From positions 8,889 through 72,888 of IMG/VR virus record IMGVR_UViG_3300040811_000439: a DNA stretch of 64,000 nt. One strand, given 5' to 3'. This DNA comes from a virus. Shown here one piece after another: positions 45,862 through 55,859 of the stretch. Within the stretch, counting starts at the first letter, position 1. Every line of letters starts with the position of its first letter. Both the position numbers and the translations under genes were made by a program. The notes beneath the pieces were generated by a model that saw nothing but the letters and a program-made list of their open reading frames with translations, had not been told where the DNA came from and ran no database searches.

Positions 45862-48513
45862 TTATTCAAACGAAAATAAGTCATCGAATGTGTTATTAAC
45901 TCCAGTTGCCTCCTTTAGATTCCATTCCAGTATGCCAAACAAGTTGTTAATTTTGTTGTCTACAATCGTTTCTTCCATTAGTTGGTCATCAAACGGTAGC
46001 TCTTTAAACCACTGTGGCAAGTGCGTCTCATCTGTAGGATAACCAACACTAGTATAGTTTAACGGATTTGGCTTCAATTTGCAAACAATAGTTTTCATTC
46101 CGTCAATAATATCCATACTGTACTGATCACTATTCAGCTTCTTAAGATAGTTCCAATTGATTGCTGCTCTAACGTGTCCAGGCATGTTTGTTTTGCCTAG
46201 ACGCTTTTCTTCTGCTGTAAACTTAGTTAGGTTGTTAACACGCTTAGGTGTACCTTTTTCCCAACCTGGTAGCTCTTTAAACTTATACTTGAACTCTTTG
46301 ATACGTTCTACTACGTGATCTTTTTCTTTACCAGTTAGAACTTCAAGTAGTAGTTCACTCATAAAGTCCTGCATTACCTTAGGTGTATCACTGCGCTTGA
46401 GATCAAGTCCCATTGCTTTAACTTTGCCTGGCTTGCCTTCTGTGTCGACACGGAAACCTTCGTTATCGATTACTAGAGCTGCGTAACGTTTCTTAGTAAT
46501 ATACAAGCCTTTCTGTGCTACAACTTCACGCCCTGCTGCAATGATCTCGCCCATCTTGCGAGGGCAGTGGAATGCACGTTCCATAAATGCCGCAAATGTT
46601 TCGTTGACTGCTTCACCAATCTGATCGTACAGCGCAATACATTCATCTTTGCCCCAAGCCATACGTCCTTGTTCAACTTGTTCACGTACCACAGGCCAGG
46701 CTGTAAAGTACACACTGTCTGTATCACCATAGATAATACAGTCACCTACGTGATCGTACTTCTCTGTTAACAGTTCATTTGTCTTTGCGCTCATGTGTTT
46801 GGCAATACATCTACCTGTTAGTGTAGTGGACTGTCCGATACGATGGTCAAAGAATCTACAACCTGGATTGAGAATAGCACCATACAAACTGTTAAGGTTA
46901 ATCTTCTTAACCAACTGTCGCTTGTCCCAGAACGCACGTTCTTCACCTTCTGATTCACGCATCTTAGCCTGTAGCTCTTTACGCTCTGCATACCAACGTT
47001 CTAGTAGTCCAGGAACAACGCCCTTCTTTTCATAGGTTAAAATAGTACCATTAGCACTTAGAATCCATGGGTTGTTGCTGTCAAAGATCAGTCGCCATAC
47101 ATCTGCTGCACTTAGAGTATCACTATCACCTGTCTCCCAGTCAATAGTAATCTCTGTACCTTTTTCCATGTTCATCACTGCTTGGTATTCTTTTGAACCA
47201 AACTCGCCTTCCCATGCATCTGCAAATGACTTTTTATCTGCCATTTTAGTTTTAACAGCATGGTCAGTTAGTACAGGGCGTAACTGTCCTACAATAGTTT
47301 CTGGAGCCATATTAAGTGCACGAATAACACTAGGATACAGACTGTTCAAGTCAATAGATCCAATCCAATCATGCAAACCCTTCTTTGGATAAGCAACGTA
47401 TGCACCTGCTGCTGTTGTAGGTTCACCAGACCTGTCTCTACGATTGGGAACAATGAGTCCCTCTTCATGTGCGTGATTTATAATTGCTTGTTCTGTCACA
47501 GCAACCGCACCCATTGTAGTAGGCAGGAGCACTGTGTTTGCGTGTGCAAGTTCGTTACTAAGATCAATAAACTTTAGCTTATCATCTAACTTGTGTAGCA
47601 GTAGTGTGTCCTGCCTGTTGTAATCGATAAATGTGTAAAAATCTTTATTGTACAGTTGATCTAGTGTTCCTTCATATGCAACTTTACGTTCATTAAGTTC
47701 GTACTCGCCAATTGCGTCCAAACTGTAACTGTGCATTTCGTGATAGGTGTACTTGCGATACAACTGCATGTAGTCCAAGTGCTGCCTACCAATCAAATCA
47801 AACGTAATGTTCTCTGCACCAAAACGTTCAAAGGTACGCTTCTTAGGCAACTGTCCCCACAAGCAAAATTTACGTGTATCATCTTTGCTGAGTACTCTTG
47901 TAATACGCTGTACTGTGTAAGGAATATCATAACCTTCTGAGTTCCAGCCGCTGAGGATGTCTGCATCTTCAATCAAGTCTAAGAACGCTACTAGTAGATC
48001 CTCTTCACGCTCAAATAAGAACGTGTTACCAAAGTCTGCTACAGTTTCTTTGGCAGTTTCCATACTCATACTTTTGGGAGGAATTGCCAGTGTAATCAGC
48101 TGCCCAAGCCAATCCAAGTATACTGTAATTGCTGTGATTGTATTGAACGGATCATCGGGTGTAGAGTATCCACGCACAGGATCAAAGTCAACTTCAATAT
48201 CAAAGAAGCAGGTCTGTAACTTAGGAGCATCTATACCCAAGTAGTTGTCTGCTAGACAGCGGAATACGGGATTGATATCACTCTCCCATAAACCGTGCTT
48301 GCCGTGCATCTTTAGTTCTTTGTGGAACTCTTTACCATTGCGAGTACTGAATCTACTAACAGGATTGCCGTAGATAGTACGAAACTTACCACGTGGATCT
48401 GTATAGTAAAACACATAGTTGACAGGAAACTCTCTGTACTCTCTCCTGCCATCAACACGTTCTACAACGTTGATTCTGTCGTGGTCTCTATCAAAATATG
48501 CGTCTACATACAT
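45862..48513 (-). CDS. Family B DNA polymerase
   Basis: Exo DIEVD/WNSEGYD; DLNSLYPS, KINLNSLYG, YGDTDS, KKRY; start MYVDAYF. Confidence 0.97.
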   Translation of the reverse strand: MYVDAYFDRDHDRINVVERVDGRREYREFPVNYVFYYTDPRGKFRTIYGNPVSRFSTRNGKEFHKELKMHGKHGLWESDINPVFRCLADNYLGIDAPKLQTCFFDIEVDFDPVRGYSTPDDPFNTITAITVYLDWLGQLITLAIPPKSMSMETAKETVADFGNTFLFEREEDLLVAFLDLIEDADILSGWNSEGYDIPYTVQRITRVLSKDDTRKFCLWGQLPKKRTFERFGAENITFDLIGRQHLDYMQLYRKYTYHEMHSYSLDAIGEYELNERKVAYEGTLDQLYNKDFYTFIDYNRQDTLLLHKLDDKLKFIDLSNELAHANTVLLPTTMGAVAVTEQAIINHAHEEGLIVPNRRDRSGEPTTAAGAYVAYPKKGLHDWIGSIDLNSLYPSVIRALNMAPETIVGQLRPVLTDHAVKTKMADKKSFADAWEGEFGSKEYQAVMNMEKGTEITIDWETGDSDTLSAADVWRLIFDSNNPWILSANGTILTYEKKGVVPGLLERWYAERKELQAKMRESEGEERAFWDKRQLVKKINLNSLYGAILNPGCRFFDHRIGQSTTLTGRCIAKHMSAKTNELLTEKYDHVGDCIIYGDTDSVYFTAWPVVREQVEQGRMAWGKDECIALYDQIGEAVNETFAAFMERAFHCPRKMGEIIAAGREVVAQKGLYITKKRYAALVIDNEGFRVDTEGKPGKVKAMGLDLKRSDTPKVMQDFMSELLLEVLTGKEKDHVVERIKEFKYKFKELPGWEKGTPKRVNNLTKFTAEEKRLGKTNMPGHVRAAINWNYLKKLNSDQYSMDIIDGMKTIVCKLKPNPLNYTSVGYPTDETHLPQWFKELPFDDQLMEETIVDNKINNLFGILEWNLKEATGVNNTFDDLFSFE

Positions 48514-48737
48514 TACTTGAAAAACAATCCTATTACATATATTAACGTAATTACCACGTTGAGGACAACCAAAGATTGCTCTTTCCACAACCATCCAGCA
48601 ATTGCCCAAACAGCATTACCAAAGATGAATACAACCACATACGCAGGATAAACGTTAAACGCTGCTAGTGTTGCACCTAGTATAATAAGGGCTGTGCCTA
48701 ACCAGGCAAGCCATTGATGGGGTTTGCGTTCTGTCAC
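48513..48737 (-). CDS. Small three-helix membrane protein
   Basis: WLGT..G..L..N.YP..GN..W..G..WKE.SL..LN. Confidence 0.75.
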   Translation of the reverse strand: MTERKPHQWLAWLGTALIILGATLAAFNVYPAYVVVFIFGNAVWAIAGWLWKEQSLVVLNVVITLIYVIGLFFK

Positions 48738-49000
48738 TGTAGTTTGCCAACTGTGGCTAGAATGTTTTCCAATGCTGCAAGATCTTCGCTGTGCTTGGCA
48801 AAGTCTGCCTTATAAGCAGTCTTCACTGCCTTCTTTAGTACTGCTGGCTTGATCTGCATTTCTTCTGCAATAGCCTTTACTGTGTCGTTTAGACCTTCGT
48901 TTAGGTCATCTACTTCCTGTAGCACAGTAAGACCTTCGTTAATTAGTTGTGTTAGTTTAGCTTTTTCTTCTGAACTAAAAACTCTATCACCGTCACTCAT
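48734..49000 (-). CDS. Small coiled-coil DNA-binding protein (T4 DsbA-like)
   Basis: TVKAIAEEMQIKPAVLKKAVKTAYK; strong promoter and RBS. Confidence 0.6.
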   Translation of the reverse strand: MSDGDRVFSSEEKAKLTQLINEGLTVLQEVDDLNEGLNDTVKAIAEEMQIKPAVLKKAVKTAYKADFAKHSEDLAALENILATVGKLQ

Positions 49001-49023
49001 TGATATCTCCTTATAATAGTGTA

Positions 49024-49052
49024 ATTATACGCTAGATTGTCTATTGTGTCAA
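49024..49052 (-). promoter_or_regulatory. Consensus sigma70 promoter for the polB operon
   Basis: Perfect TTGACA-17 nt-TATAAT. Confidence 0.85.
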
Positions 49053-49517
49053 CTTGGGAATCTGCTCTTGATAAGGAAAATCATAGATTTCTAGTTCTCC
49101 TCCGGGTTGGAACTTTTTGCCTTTTCCTTTTTTCTTAAACTCGCCTACTTGTGGCGTACCTTGTTTTGATCGCTTTTGGGCACGTTTTAGTTGTTCTTCA
49201 TCTTTTTTATTCCATTGGAATCTATATAAACTATCCCTTTTGTCTACCATAGCCCATAGTGTTATCCACTTGGTGCTGTCTATAGTTTCTACAGTATGAT
49301 GTTTGTACAAAAACTTGTCCGGAGTTTTATAATAAGGCTTGCCTATAAAGTCTAGATTAGTTACGAAACTTAGATAGATTGCAAGGAAAACAATAGGTAC
49401 TACAACAAACTTTTGTAGTTTACATACTCTAAATAAAGGAATAATACATATTAACCCTGCAAACGCCCAAATCATAGCTAGCTGAGTAGTGCTTAAATTA
49501 AAATCGATCATTTCCAA
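49041..49517 (-). CDS. Membrane protein (two N-terminal TM helices)
   Basis: Hydrophobic N-terminus; third gene of the ExbB/ExbD-like operon. Confidence 0.7.
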   Translation of the reverse strand: MEMIDFNLSTTQLAMIWAFAGLICIIPLFRVCKLQKFVVVPIVFLAIYLSFVTNLDFIGKPYYKTPDKFLYKHHTVETIDSTKWITLWAMVDKRDSLYRFQWNKKDEEQLKRAQKRSKQGTPQVGEFKKKGKGKKFQPGGELEIYDFPYQEQIPKLTQ

Positions 49518-50134
49518 GATTTCCTTAGGTTATTTGTATTGTATATGATTTGCACATCGCTGTCAGTAACATTTGCTCGTTTACTGTCTTCTACTTCTAT
49601 TTTAAATACACCACGCTCGTCACCGAGTTGATCTAATCTAACCTGTCGTGTCTTTAAGGTACTAAAAGGATTTACACGTATAACTTCTACTGTAACATCA
49701 ACGGGAGTTACTCGGTCGGTTGTTCCTTTGCTAAACCAGTGTACACTAACAAAATAAGTCCTTTTGTCGTCGCTACGTATAGCAACTACTTCTCTGTTAA
49801 GATAACGTGTCTGTAGTTTGCCTTCTGTATCCTGATATGTGTCATTATTTTGACCCATATCATCTCTATCCAATGTGATAAGTGCTTTGTCTTTTAGTTT
49901 AAAACTAACAATGTTGTTGGTGTTATCCTGGACCCATAAGTCGATATCGAACTTGCTTTGATTGTCCCAGGTCATAACAATCAAATACTCTGCTTTAGGA
50001 TCAATGTTTGCTTTTTTTGCAACAGGATTGATAAGGATAAATGCTAGTATGAACATGAATGTAAAACCTACAAGCAGATTAAACAATAGATCAATAAAGC
50101 CAAAGCCTGTTTTATATCTTACCTTGTTCGCCAT
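49508..50134 (-). CDS. ExbD/MotB-like single-TM protein
   Basis: GFIDLLFNLL TM helix with Asp; DIDLWV and LDRDD in the soluble domain. Confidence 0.65.
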   Translation of the reverse strand: MANKVRYKTGFGFIDLLFNLLVGFTFMFILAFILINPVAKKANIDPKAEYLIVMTWDNQSKFDIDLWVQDNTNNIVSFKLKDKALITLDRDDMGQNNDTYQDTEGKLQTRYLNREVVAIRSDDKRTYFVSVHWFSKGTTDRVTPVDVTVEVIRVNPFSTLKTRQVRLDQLGDERGVFKIEVEDSKRANVTDSDVQIIYNTNNLRKSWK

Positions 50135-50594
50135 TGTCCCAACTATTCTCTAGAATAACCATTTGTAGTTTTGTGAGTACACTACAAATCAAACCAATAA
50201 GAGTTGTGCTGAGAGCAGTGCTCATACCCACTGCCATATCTGCAATGGCTTCTTGTACGTTTGCTACATCTTTAACATCAAGGTCACTAAAAGCACTGTT
50301 AAGCATAAGCAAGAAGCCTGCAACCGTGCCAATCATACCTAGTGTAATCATTGCTTCGCTAGCAAACCATACGTAGTTTCCATAGTGACGATTACGTTCA
50401 CTATCGTTTTTACTAATATATCCTGTAAGTAGAGTTGCAAATACAAAAATAGCAAGTATTGCCATACTAATCTTAGTGACGTCTGCATACCACAGCGCAT
50501 CCCACCAGCCCAACTGCCATGCAATTGCGGCACCAAATGCTGATGCTGTGAATTGTATCCACCACTTGAGTAAGGGTGCATTTTTATCTAGCAT
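50112..50594 (-). CDS. MotA/TolQ/ExbB proton-channel family protein
   Basis: LGMIGTVAGF, GMSTALSTTLIGL. Confidence 0.85.
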   Translation of the reverse strand: MLDKNAPLLKWWIQFTASAFGAAIAWQLGWWDALWYADVTKISMAILAIFVFATLLTGYISKNDSERNRHYGNYVWFASEAMITLGMIGTVAGFLLMLNSAFSDLDVKDVANVQEAIADMAVGMSTALSTTLIGLICSVLTKLQMVILENSWDNGEQGKI

Positions 50595-50610
50595 AGTTAC
50601 CCTCCTAGGA

Positions 50611-50934
50611 TTAGTGTTTTTCGATCCAGGAATTAAATGCTTGTAATGCTTCCTGTGGTTTTACATATGGACTTAATTTTAGACTTTCTACTTCTGAGTA
50701 AAAATCTTGTGGATAGAATCTATCATTGTACTCAAATCCACCTGAACGTTCAAACTTAAAAACATCGTAATCTACTTTACGATTGTCATCATAGTCATGT
50801 TCTGTCATACCAAGAGCATAGACTTCGCCGTTCTTTTCAACTTTAGTTACTAATCTAAAGTCTCTACCAGCGACAAACTCCATGCCTGTGCGTTCAAGCA
50901 TAGTAATTGTATTTCTAATATCTTGTGCTGTCAT
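50611..50934 (-). CDS. Hypothetical late protein
   Basis: ATAAATA immediately upstream; MTAQDIRNTITMLE leader. Confidence 0.7.
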   Translation of the reverse strand: MTAQDIRNTITMLERTGMEFVAGRDFRLVTKVEKNGEVYALGMTEHDYDDNRKVDYDVFKFERSGGFEYNDRFYPQDFYSEVESLKLSPYVKPQEALQAFNSWIEKH

Positions 50935-50948
50935 AACAATGTATTTAT

Positions 50949-51248
50949 CTAACGCTCTACAATCTCTACAACAAGGTCTGTAGTGCCTTTGAGAATACGA
51001 TGATAGGTGTTTTTTGTTATATTGATACTATCACCAGGTTTTAAGGTAATAGGTAGTTGGTTATCCATCTGCAAGCGCCAACCTTCGCCTTCAACTATAG
51101 TTACATGGCGATCATTACGATCTCTGTGCCAAACAAGCTCTTCGCTATCAACTTCTAATGAAAATGTTCTTATTATACTTTTTTGATTGCGTAATTCACT
51201 ATATGGGTGTAGGCGTCCAGCTTCTGCCCACCATGGGTTTACCACCAT
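50949..51248 (-). CDS. Cupin-domain protein
   Basis: ELVWHRD..GWRLQMDNQLP..YHRILKG. Confidence 0.75.
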   Translation of the reverse strand: MVVNPWWAEAGRLHPYSELRNQKSIIRTFSLEVDSEELVWHRDRNDRHVTIVEGEGWRLQMDNQLPITLKPGDSINITKNTYHRILKGTTDLVVEIVER

Positions 51249-52702
51249 GCTCCGCCTTTGACACCAAGTGCTTTATAACGTGGTGTGCGGCATGCCCAGT
51301 AACCTGCTTTCATCTTGTCGTTCTTTTGCTTACACTTGTGACGTGCTACAAATGAACGCACTGCGCCTCTGTCTTTGGCTTTTACGCTTAGTCCTGATGT
51401 ATCGCCCCAACTGATTTTCTTAACACGACCAGTCTTTGGATTCTTTACATATACATAGAACTTCTTAGGACCGCCACGTTTAGGTGAGTTTAGTTTAACT
51501 TTGCGTCCCTGGTACTCTGCTTCATCAAGCTCAACTTCTTCACCGATTAAATTTAAGATATATTCTTTTGGGTCTGTGTCTAATCCCATTGCATATTTCA
51601 TTGCACCAGACTTGTCGCCCCTTTTCAACATTGCGGCGACCTTCATCATATCTTTTTTGTCTACACCACCAAACTTATTAGCATATGCTTCAAGTTCTTG
51701 GCCTTTTCTTTCAAACCTTGGTTTGTTTGCTTGCATCGTCGTATTTTTCATCTTACCTTCATCAAGGTCAACTTCTTCCGTCTTCATACCCAACATTTTA
51801 CCAATCTTAACCATACTCTCTTGACCACTTGATGTAACTCTGTCATATTCGTATCCATACATGTCATCAAATGCTTTTCTGGCATCTTTTATACTTTTTG
51901 CCTTAATGAGTTTATCTAAAGATTCTTGACCGCTGGGTGTCATACGCTTGCGCTCAAACTCAAGATCATCAATATGTTTTTTTATTTGATTGAGATTTTC
52001 ATCAAGTGATGATTCTTTTAATTTCTTAATCTCATAAGCGTCAACATCTAATGCTTGAAGTGCCGCGATCTTTTTGTCAAATGATCTCTTTGCATCGATC
52101 ATTTTCATATGGGCAGCATCACCAGGAGTATTTTTCAACTTAGCAATTTTTGCTTTAAGAGCAACTGCCTGCTTTTTGATATCAAAGGCTTTAGCAGCGT
52201 TAGCAACTGTTACTTCATCAAGCTCAACTTCTTCTTTTTGGGTTTTAATCCAATTAATAGCATCTCTTTTACTACCAACTGTCCTATCCCATTCCCAATT
52301 GCCTCTGTCCTTTACATAAATTTGCCATTCACCAGATGGTCGATCATTGCGATTTAATCGTGGTGTTAATTTATATTCTGTTTTACCCTGCTTCATTGTG
52401 TAAGCACCAGGTTCTCCTAGAACTTTTTTGGCCATTTCATCAAGTTCAACTTCTTCGATAGGAACATCAAGAGGAACACGCTCGCCCTCTACCATAATGC
52501 ATTCGCCAATATCTGTATCAAGTAGTTCAGCATCCTGCCAGTCTAGGTCCAGGCTTTCACGCATCTCACGCACACGAGTATAAAACTCTGTAAATGCTGC
52601 ACTACCAGGACGGAACATGCATTCACTAAAAGGAACGCCACGAGCAATATGTTCTCGAATTGCTTCTTCAACTGGATTTCTTTTTAGATCACTTGCTTTC
52701 AT
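51239..52702 (-). CDS. Modular protein with EEVELDE-delimited cassettes (probable internal head polyprotein)
   Basis: Four EEV(E/D)LDE repeats; C-terminal AEYQGRKVKL..KKFYVYV..ARHKC..AGYWAC domain. Confidence 0.8.
   Translation of the reverse strand: MKASDLKRNPVEEAIREHIARGVPFSECMFRPGSAAFTEFYTRVREMRESLDLDWQDAELLDTDIGECIMVEGERVPLDVPIEEVELDEMAKKVLGEPGAYTMKQGKTEYKLTPRLNRNDRPSGEWQIYVKDRGNWEWDRTVGSKRDAINWIKTQKEEVELDEVTVANAAKAFDIKKQAVALKAKIAKLKNTPGDAAHMKMIDAKRSFDKKIAALQALDVDAYEIKKLKESSLDENLNQIKKHIDDLEFERKRMTPSGQESLDKLIKAKSIKDARKAFDDMYGYEYDRVTSSGQESMVKIGKMLGMKTEEVDLDEGKMKNTTMQANKPRFERKGQELEAYANKFGGVDKKDMMKVAAMLKRGDKSGAMKYAMGLDTDPKEYILNLIGEEVELDEAEYQGRKVKLNSPKRGGPKKFYVYVKNPKTGRVKKISWGDTSGLSVKAKDRGAVRSFVARHKCKQKNDKMKAGYWACRTPRYKALGVKGGAWW
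51521..52456 (-). repeat. Four dispersed 21-bp direct repeats GAAGAAGTTGA(A/G/C)CTTGATGAA
   Basis: Copies at 51521-51541, 51758-51778, 52214-52234, 52436-52456; partial copy at 51998-52006. Confidence 0.9.
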
Positions 52703-52953
52703 TTTGTTCTTACATTCCTAGCTTTACCGCGTCTGTTCTTTTTAGGATCTTCTCTGCGCTTTCTACTCGCTGCGGTAGCACGTTTCTTTTTGCCTAGTGC
52801 ATGTGCTTTCTTCTGAGGTAAACATTTGGGCTTGCCTTCACTGTCATCATCTCTAGCACAATCTCCGCGTATCTTACCGTCAGGCCCAAAGCGTACCCAT
52901 TTCTCTTTGAACCATTTGCGTAAATCGTCTTGTACAATCTCCTCGACTAACAT
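52699..52953 (-). CDS. Small basic Cys-containing protein
   Basis: LRKWFKEKWV..C.R..KPKCLP. Confidence 0.75.
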   Translation of the reverse strand: MLVEEIVQDDLRKWFKEKWVRFGPDGKIRGDCARDDDSEGKPKCLPQKKAHALGKKKRATAASRKRREDPKKNRRGKARNVRTK

Positions 52954-53144
52954 TACTTCTTACTCTTATTACCCCAGTTCTTAGCACCAACTTTACGGCA
53001 CTTTACAAGAGCACCACTAGCGTAAGCACTTGGCCATACTTTGTAACGTGATTTAACTTTGTGATAGCAGGCATCTTTCTCACCTGCCGCTTCATCAAAT
53101 TCAGCTTCAGTGATTGCTTTTGCTGTGAATTCTGAAGATCGCAT
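52953..53144 (-). CDS. Small basic Cys-containing protein
   Basis: DACYHKVKSRYKVWPSAYASGALVKCRK. Confidence 0.75.
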   Translation of the reverse strand: MRSSEFTAKAITEAEFDEAAGEKDACYHKVKSRYKVWPSAYASGALVKCRKVGAKNWGNKSKK

Positions 53145-53149
53145 GAGGA

Positions 53150-53596
53150 TTACTCCTCTTCAACTTTATCTTTAATTACATCAACATGACCTTGAATGTA
53201 GTCATGTTCATCTTCCATGCCCATCATTTCAGCCATCATCATGATCTGATCAGCAACTACCTGTGCCATTACAGCATCTTCTGGTACGTGCTTACGATCT
53301 GGATCCTTTTCCATGTAGAATAGAACATCCTGTAACTTAGCTGTACGAACAGCAAGCTCATCATGATCAATCTTTTTATATAATGCTGTTGCGCCTGGGC
53401 ACATATCAAAGTGACGTGTTTGGTAGTCGCCTACCATAAGTTCACCTGTATCTGGATCGTTATTAGGATCGTCATCCTCTCCTACTAAACGATCTTGAAA
53501 TGGGTGAGGGTTGCCGCCTGTTTTACGAGCTTTTTCCTTGCCCTTAACTTGATCTACATATTCATCAAGTTGATCTAGTAGTTTACGAAAATCCAT
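53150..53596 (-). CDS. Hypothetical acidic protein
   Basis: HPFQDRLVGE, YQTRHFDMCPGA. Confidence 0.7.
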   Translation of the reverse strand: MDFRKLLDQLDEYVDQVKGKEKARKTGGNPHPFQDRLVGEDDDPNNDPDTGELMVGDYQTRHFDMCPGATALYKKIDHDELAVRTAKLQDVLFYMEKDPDRKHVPEDAVMAQVVADQIMMMAEMMGMEDEHDYIQGHVDVIKDKVEEE

Positions 53597-54198
53597 TAGT
53601 CTTCCTTTGGTGGGTTGCTATACATATGTGCTTCTTCTAGAGCTTCCATAGCTTCAATTAGTTTTTGATGTGCATCTGCAATCCATGCAGCATCACCGCC
53701 TTCACGTTCTACCATTTTACTAAGCACTGCACCTTCTGCTGTAACTTTCATAAGACGGCCCATCATATTAAACATCTTTTGAAAACTATCATCGATTGCT
53801 GTTGCAGAACTTGTGGCTTCTTTAACTGCGCTATCAACTGTGGTTAGATCATTACCCTGTGCTACTTCACTCTTCATAAAGTCACGATATCGACTAGCAA
53901 TATCACCTAGCACATCTTCGTTAGCTTTGTCTTCAGCTACAGATTCCTTCTTGGCTTTCTTGTCAGCGGCAGCCTTCTTCATGGATTCTTCTTTATCGCC
54001 ATCGCCATCTAAATCAATATAGTCTGGCTTTGCTGCTTCTTCAAGTTCATTAAACACCTTTAGAATGTTTACTGTTTCGCGTGTTCCAGAGACTGCTTCC
54101 TCAACTGGCTTGTAAACAGTATCGCCTGTTGCACTTACTGTTTCCTCGTTATTTGAGATTGCATTTAGTTTTTTAACTAGATCGGTAAAGTCACTCAT
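53596..54198 (-). CDS. Hypothetical protein with DxDxDG Ca-binding-like motif
   Basis: KPDYIDLDGDGDKEESMKKA. Confidence 0.7.
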   Translation of the reverse strand: MSDFTDLVKKLNAISNNEETVSATGDTVYKPVEEAVSGTRETVNILKVFNELEEAAKPDYIDLDGDGDKEESMKKAAADKKAKKESVAEDKANEDVLGDIASRYRDFMKSEVAQGNDLTTVDSAVKEATSSATAIDDSFQKMFNMMGRLMKVTAEGAVLSKMVEREGGDAAWIADAHQKLIEAMEALEEAHMYSNPPKED

Positions 54199-54947
54199 GA
54201 TCTACTCCAATCGCTAAATTTACTTTCAGCTTTCATATTCTTTTTGTTTTGATCTGCTACACGCTTGCTAAACTCTGCATCTAAACCTTTTGTACGATCA
54301 CGTTCCATACCTGGGTCTTTCTTTGTAGGCACTGGGGGCTTTGTCTTTGGCTTAGGTACACTAGTAACATTTTTTACAAGGGTGTTCATTGCCTTACGAT
54401 CTGCATCGCTATATTCTTCAATTTCTATAGATTCAACAAGTCCTAGTTCTTTTGCGACCTGATATCTCATCTGATCTAATGTGCCAGGCTCGATGTCTCT
54501 GATGTCTTTGCCCATGTCGTAAATTTTTCTACGAAGAACATTATCAATTTTACTTGCGGCGGCGCTGCCCAATTTGTCGGCATCATTGTAGCCCATTCTG
54601 TATTCTTTAACAGTTTCTTTGCTTTCACTGGCAAGATCAAATGCCATGTCATCCATCTGTTCAGCTTGGGCGTTTTCAGGATTCATTGGGCTCATCTCAT
54701 AATCCATGTTGTGATATACACTGCTTAGATAGTCAGCAGCCTTGGTAATCTTTGCCTGCTGCCACCCTTCAATACCTTGCATCTCACTTACGCCTTTAAG
54801 CATATCATGTAGCTTAATTGCATACTTGGCAATCTTGTACAAGTCTGCACGTGCCATTTGAACTTCATGATCGAGTTCAACACGGTCTGCCATCATACCA
54901 AGATGACCTTCGTTAATTTGGTTTAGTTTGTCAAGTATGTCTCTCAT
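54195..54947 (-). CDS. Hypothetical protein
   Basis: DHEVQMARADL..EGWQQAKITKAADYLSSVYH. Confidence 0.75.
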   Translation of the reverse strand: MRDILDKLNQINEGHLGMMADRVELDHEVQMARADLYKIAKYAIKLHDMLKGVSEMQGIEGWQQAKITKAADYLSSVYHNMDYEMSPMNPENAQAEQMDDMAFDLASESKETVKEYRMGYNDADKLGSAAASKIDNVLRRKIYDMGKDIRDIEPGTLDQMRYQVAKELGLVESIEIEEYSDADRKAMNTLVKNVTSVPKPKTKPPVPTKKDPGMERDRTKGLDAEFSKRVADQNKKNMKAESKFSDWSRS

Positions 54948-54948
54948 A

Positions 54949-55827
54949 TCAAATATCTCTAGATTGTGTTGAGCCGCTAAGTCTGCTCTGTCCGCGGGTG
55001 CTTCCTCTTGGGGCAGCTTGGCGTTTTTTGATCATTTTATTCACTGTATCCGCTTGCTGAGCTGAGTAGCCAGTAATCTCACCTGTTGTATTTGCTGCTG
55101 GTTTAGATGTAGCAAACTCTCCGCCGGCTCCACCTGTTTGTTGTGGAGTGCTTGGTGCTGCTGGTTTAGGTGCTCCAAAGCTGACTGCTGTTGGATTTTT
55201 TGCGTACTTTTCACCTTTGACATTTGTTTGATATTTTTTACCGCGCCATGTAAATACACCACCGGGGCCGCCTTGTTGTTTACGTGCTGCTGCAAATGCT
55301 TTACCAAAACTACTGTCATCCATATTTCCACTTGGTTTTGGTGCTGCTGCTTGTGCTTTATCCGGGCCTGCATCACCGTCTGTGCCTAGTACTGCTGCTG
55401 TTCCAGCAGCGCCGAGTGCGGCGCCTCCAGCTACTTTACCAACATTTGATGGTTTTGTCTTAGGTGCTGCTGCTGGTGGCTTAGGTGCTGCTGCTGCAGG
55501 TGCGCTAGGTCTAGTGTTACTACCGCCTTTTAAAGGTAACTCGCCTTGTTTTGGTTTACCTTTAAATAAGTTTTTTAACCAACTACCTGCTTTACCTGCG
55601 CCCCTTGCAATCATTGGTGCTGCTGCCCTGGCACCAGCCAACCCTAAGGCAGCCAATGGAACTATTTCATTAAGAGTGTCTCTTGTAACACCTTGCTGTT
55701 CACATACAGCAAAAAACTCTTCTTTGGTAATAGTGTCTTCTAAAAAATCTTTAAGTGCTGATTCTACAACAAGTTCTTGCTCTGTAAGAACGTCTTCGTT
55801 AATTGTGTTAAATTCATTAAATCTCAT
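54949..55827 (-). CDS. Ala/Pro/Gly-rich low-complexity protein
   Basis: SFGKAFAAARK..FTWRGKKY module; ATAAATA upstream (55857-55863). Confidence 0.75.
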   Translation of the reverse strand: MRFNEFNTINEDVLTEQELVVESALKDFLEDTITKEEFFAVCEQQGVTRDTLNEIVPLAALGLAGARAAAPMIARGAGKAGSWLKNLFKGKPKQGELPLKGGSNTRPSAPAAAAPKPPAAAPKTKPSNVGKVAGGAALGAAGTAAVLGTDGDAGPDKAQAAAPKPSGNMDDSSFGKAFAAARKQQGGPGGVFTWRGKKYQTNVKGEKYAKNPTAVSFGAPKPAAPSTPQQTGGAGGEFATSKPAANTTGEITGYSAQQADTVNKMIKKRQAAPRGSTRGQSRLSGSTQSRDI

Positions 55828-55859
55828 GGTAGTACTTCCATATAATTATATTGTAGTAT

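Noticed and set aside
45862-48513. Intein or intron in PolB
   Set aside because: Length (~880 aa) and motif spacing are normal; no splice-junction or LAGLIDADG motifs seen.
48514-48609. N-terminal extension of PolB given in the ORF track
   Set aside because: It overlaps the upstream membrane gene; the TAATG junction at 48513 gives the natural start MYVDAYF.
51521-52456. Regularly spaced 21-bp repeats as a CRISPR array
   Set aside because: Spacers exceed 200 bp, the repeats are in-frame coding and non-palindromic, and no cas genes are present.
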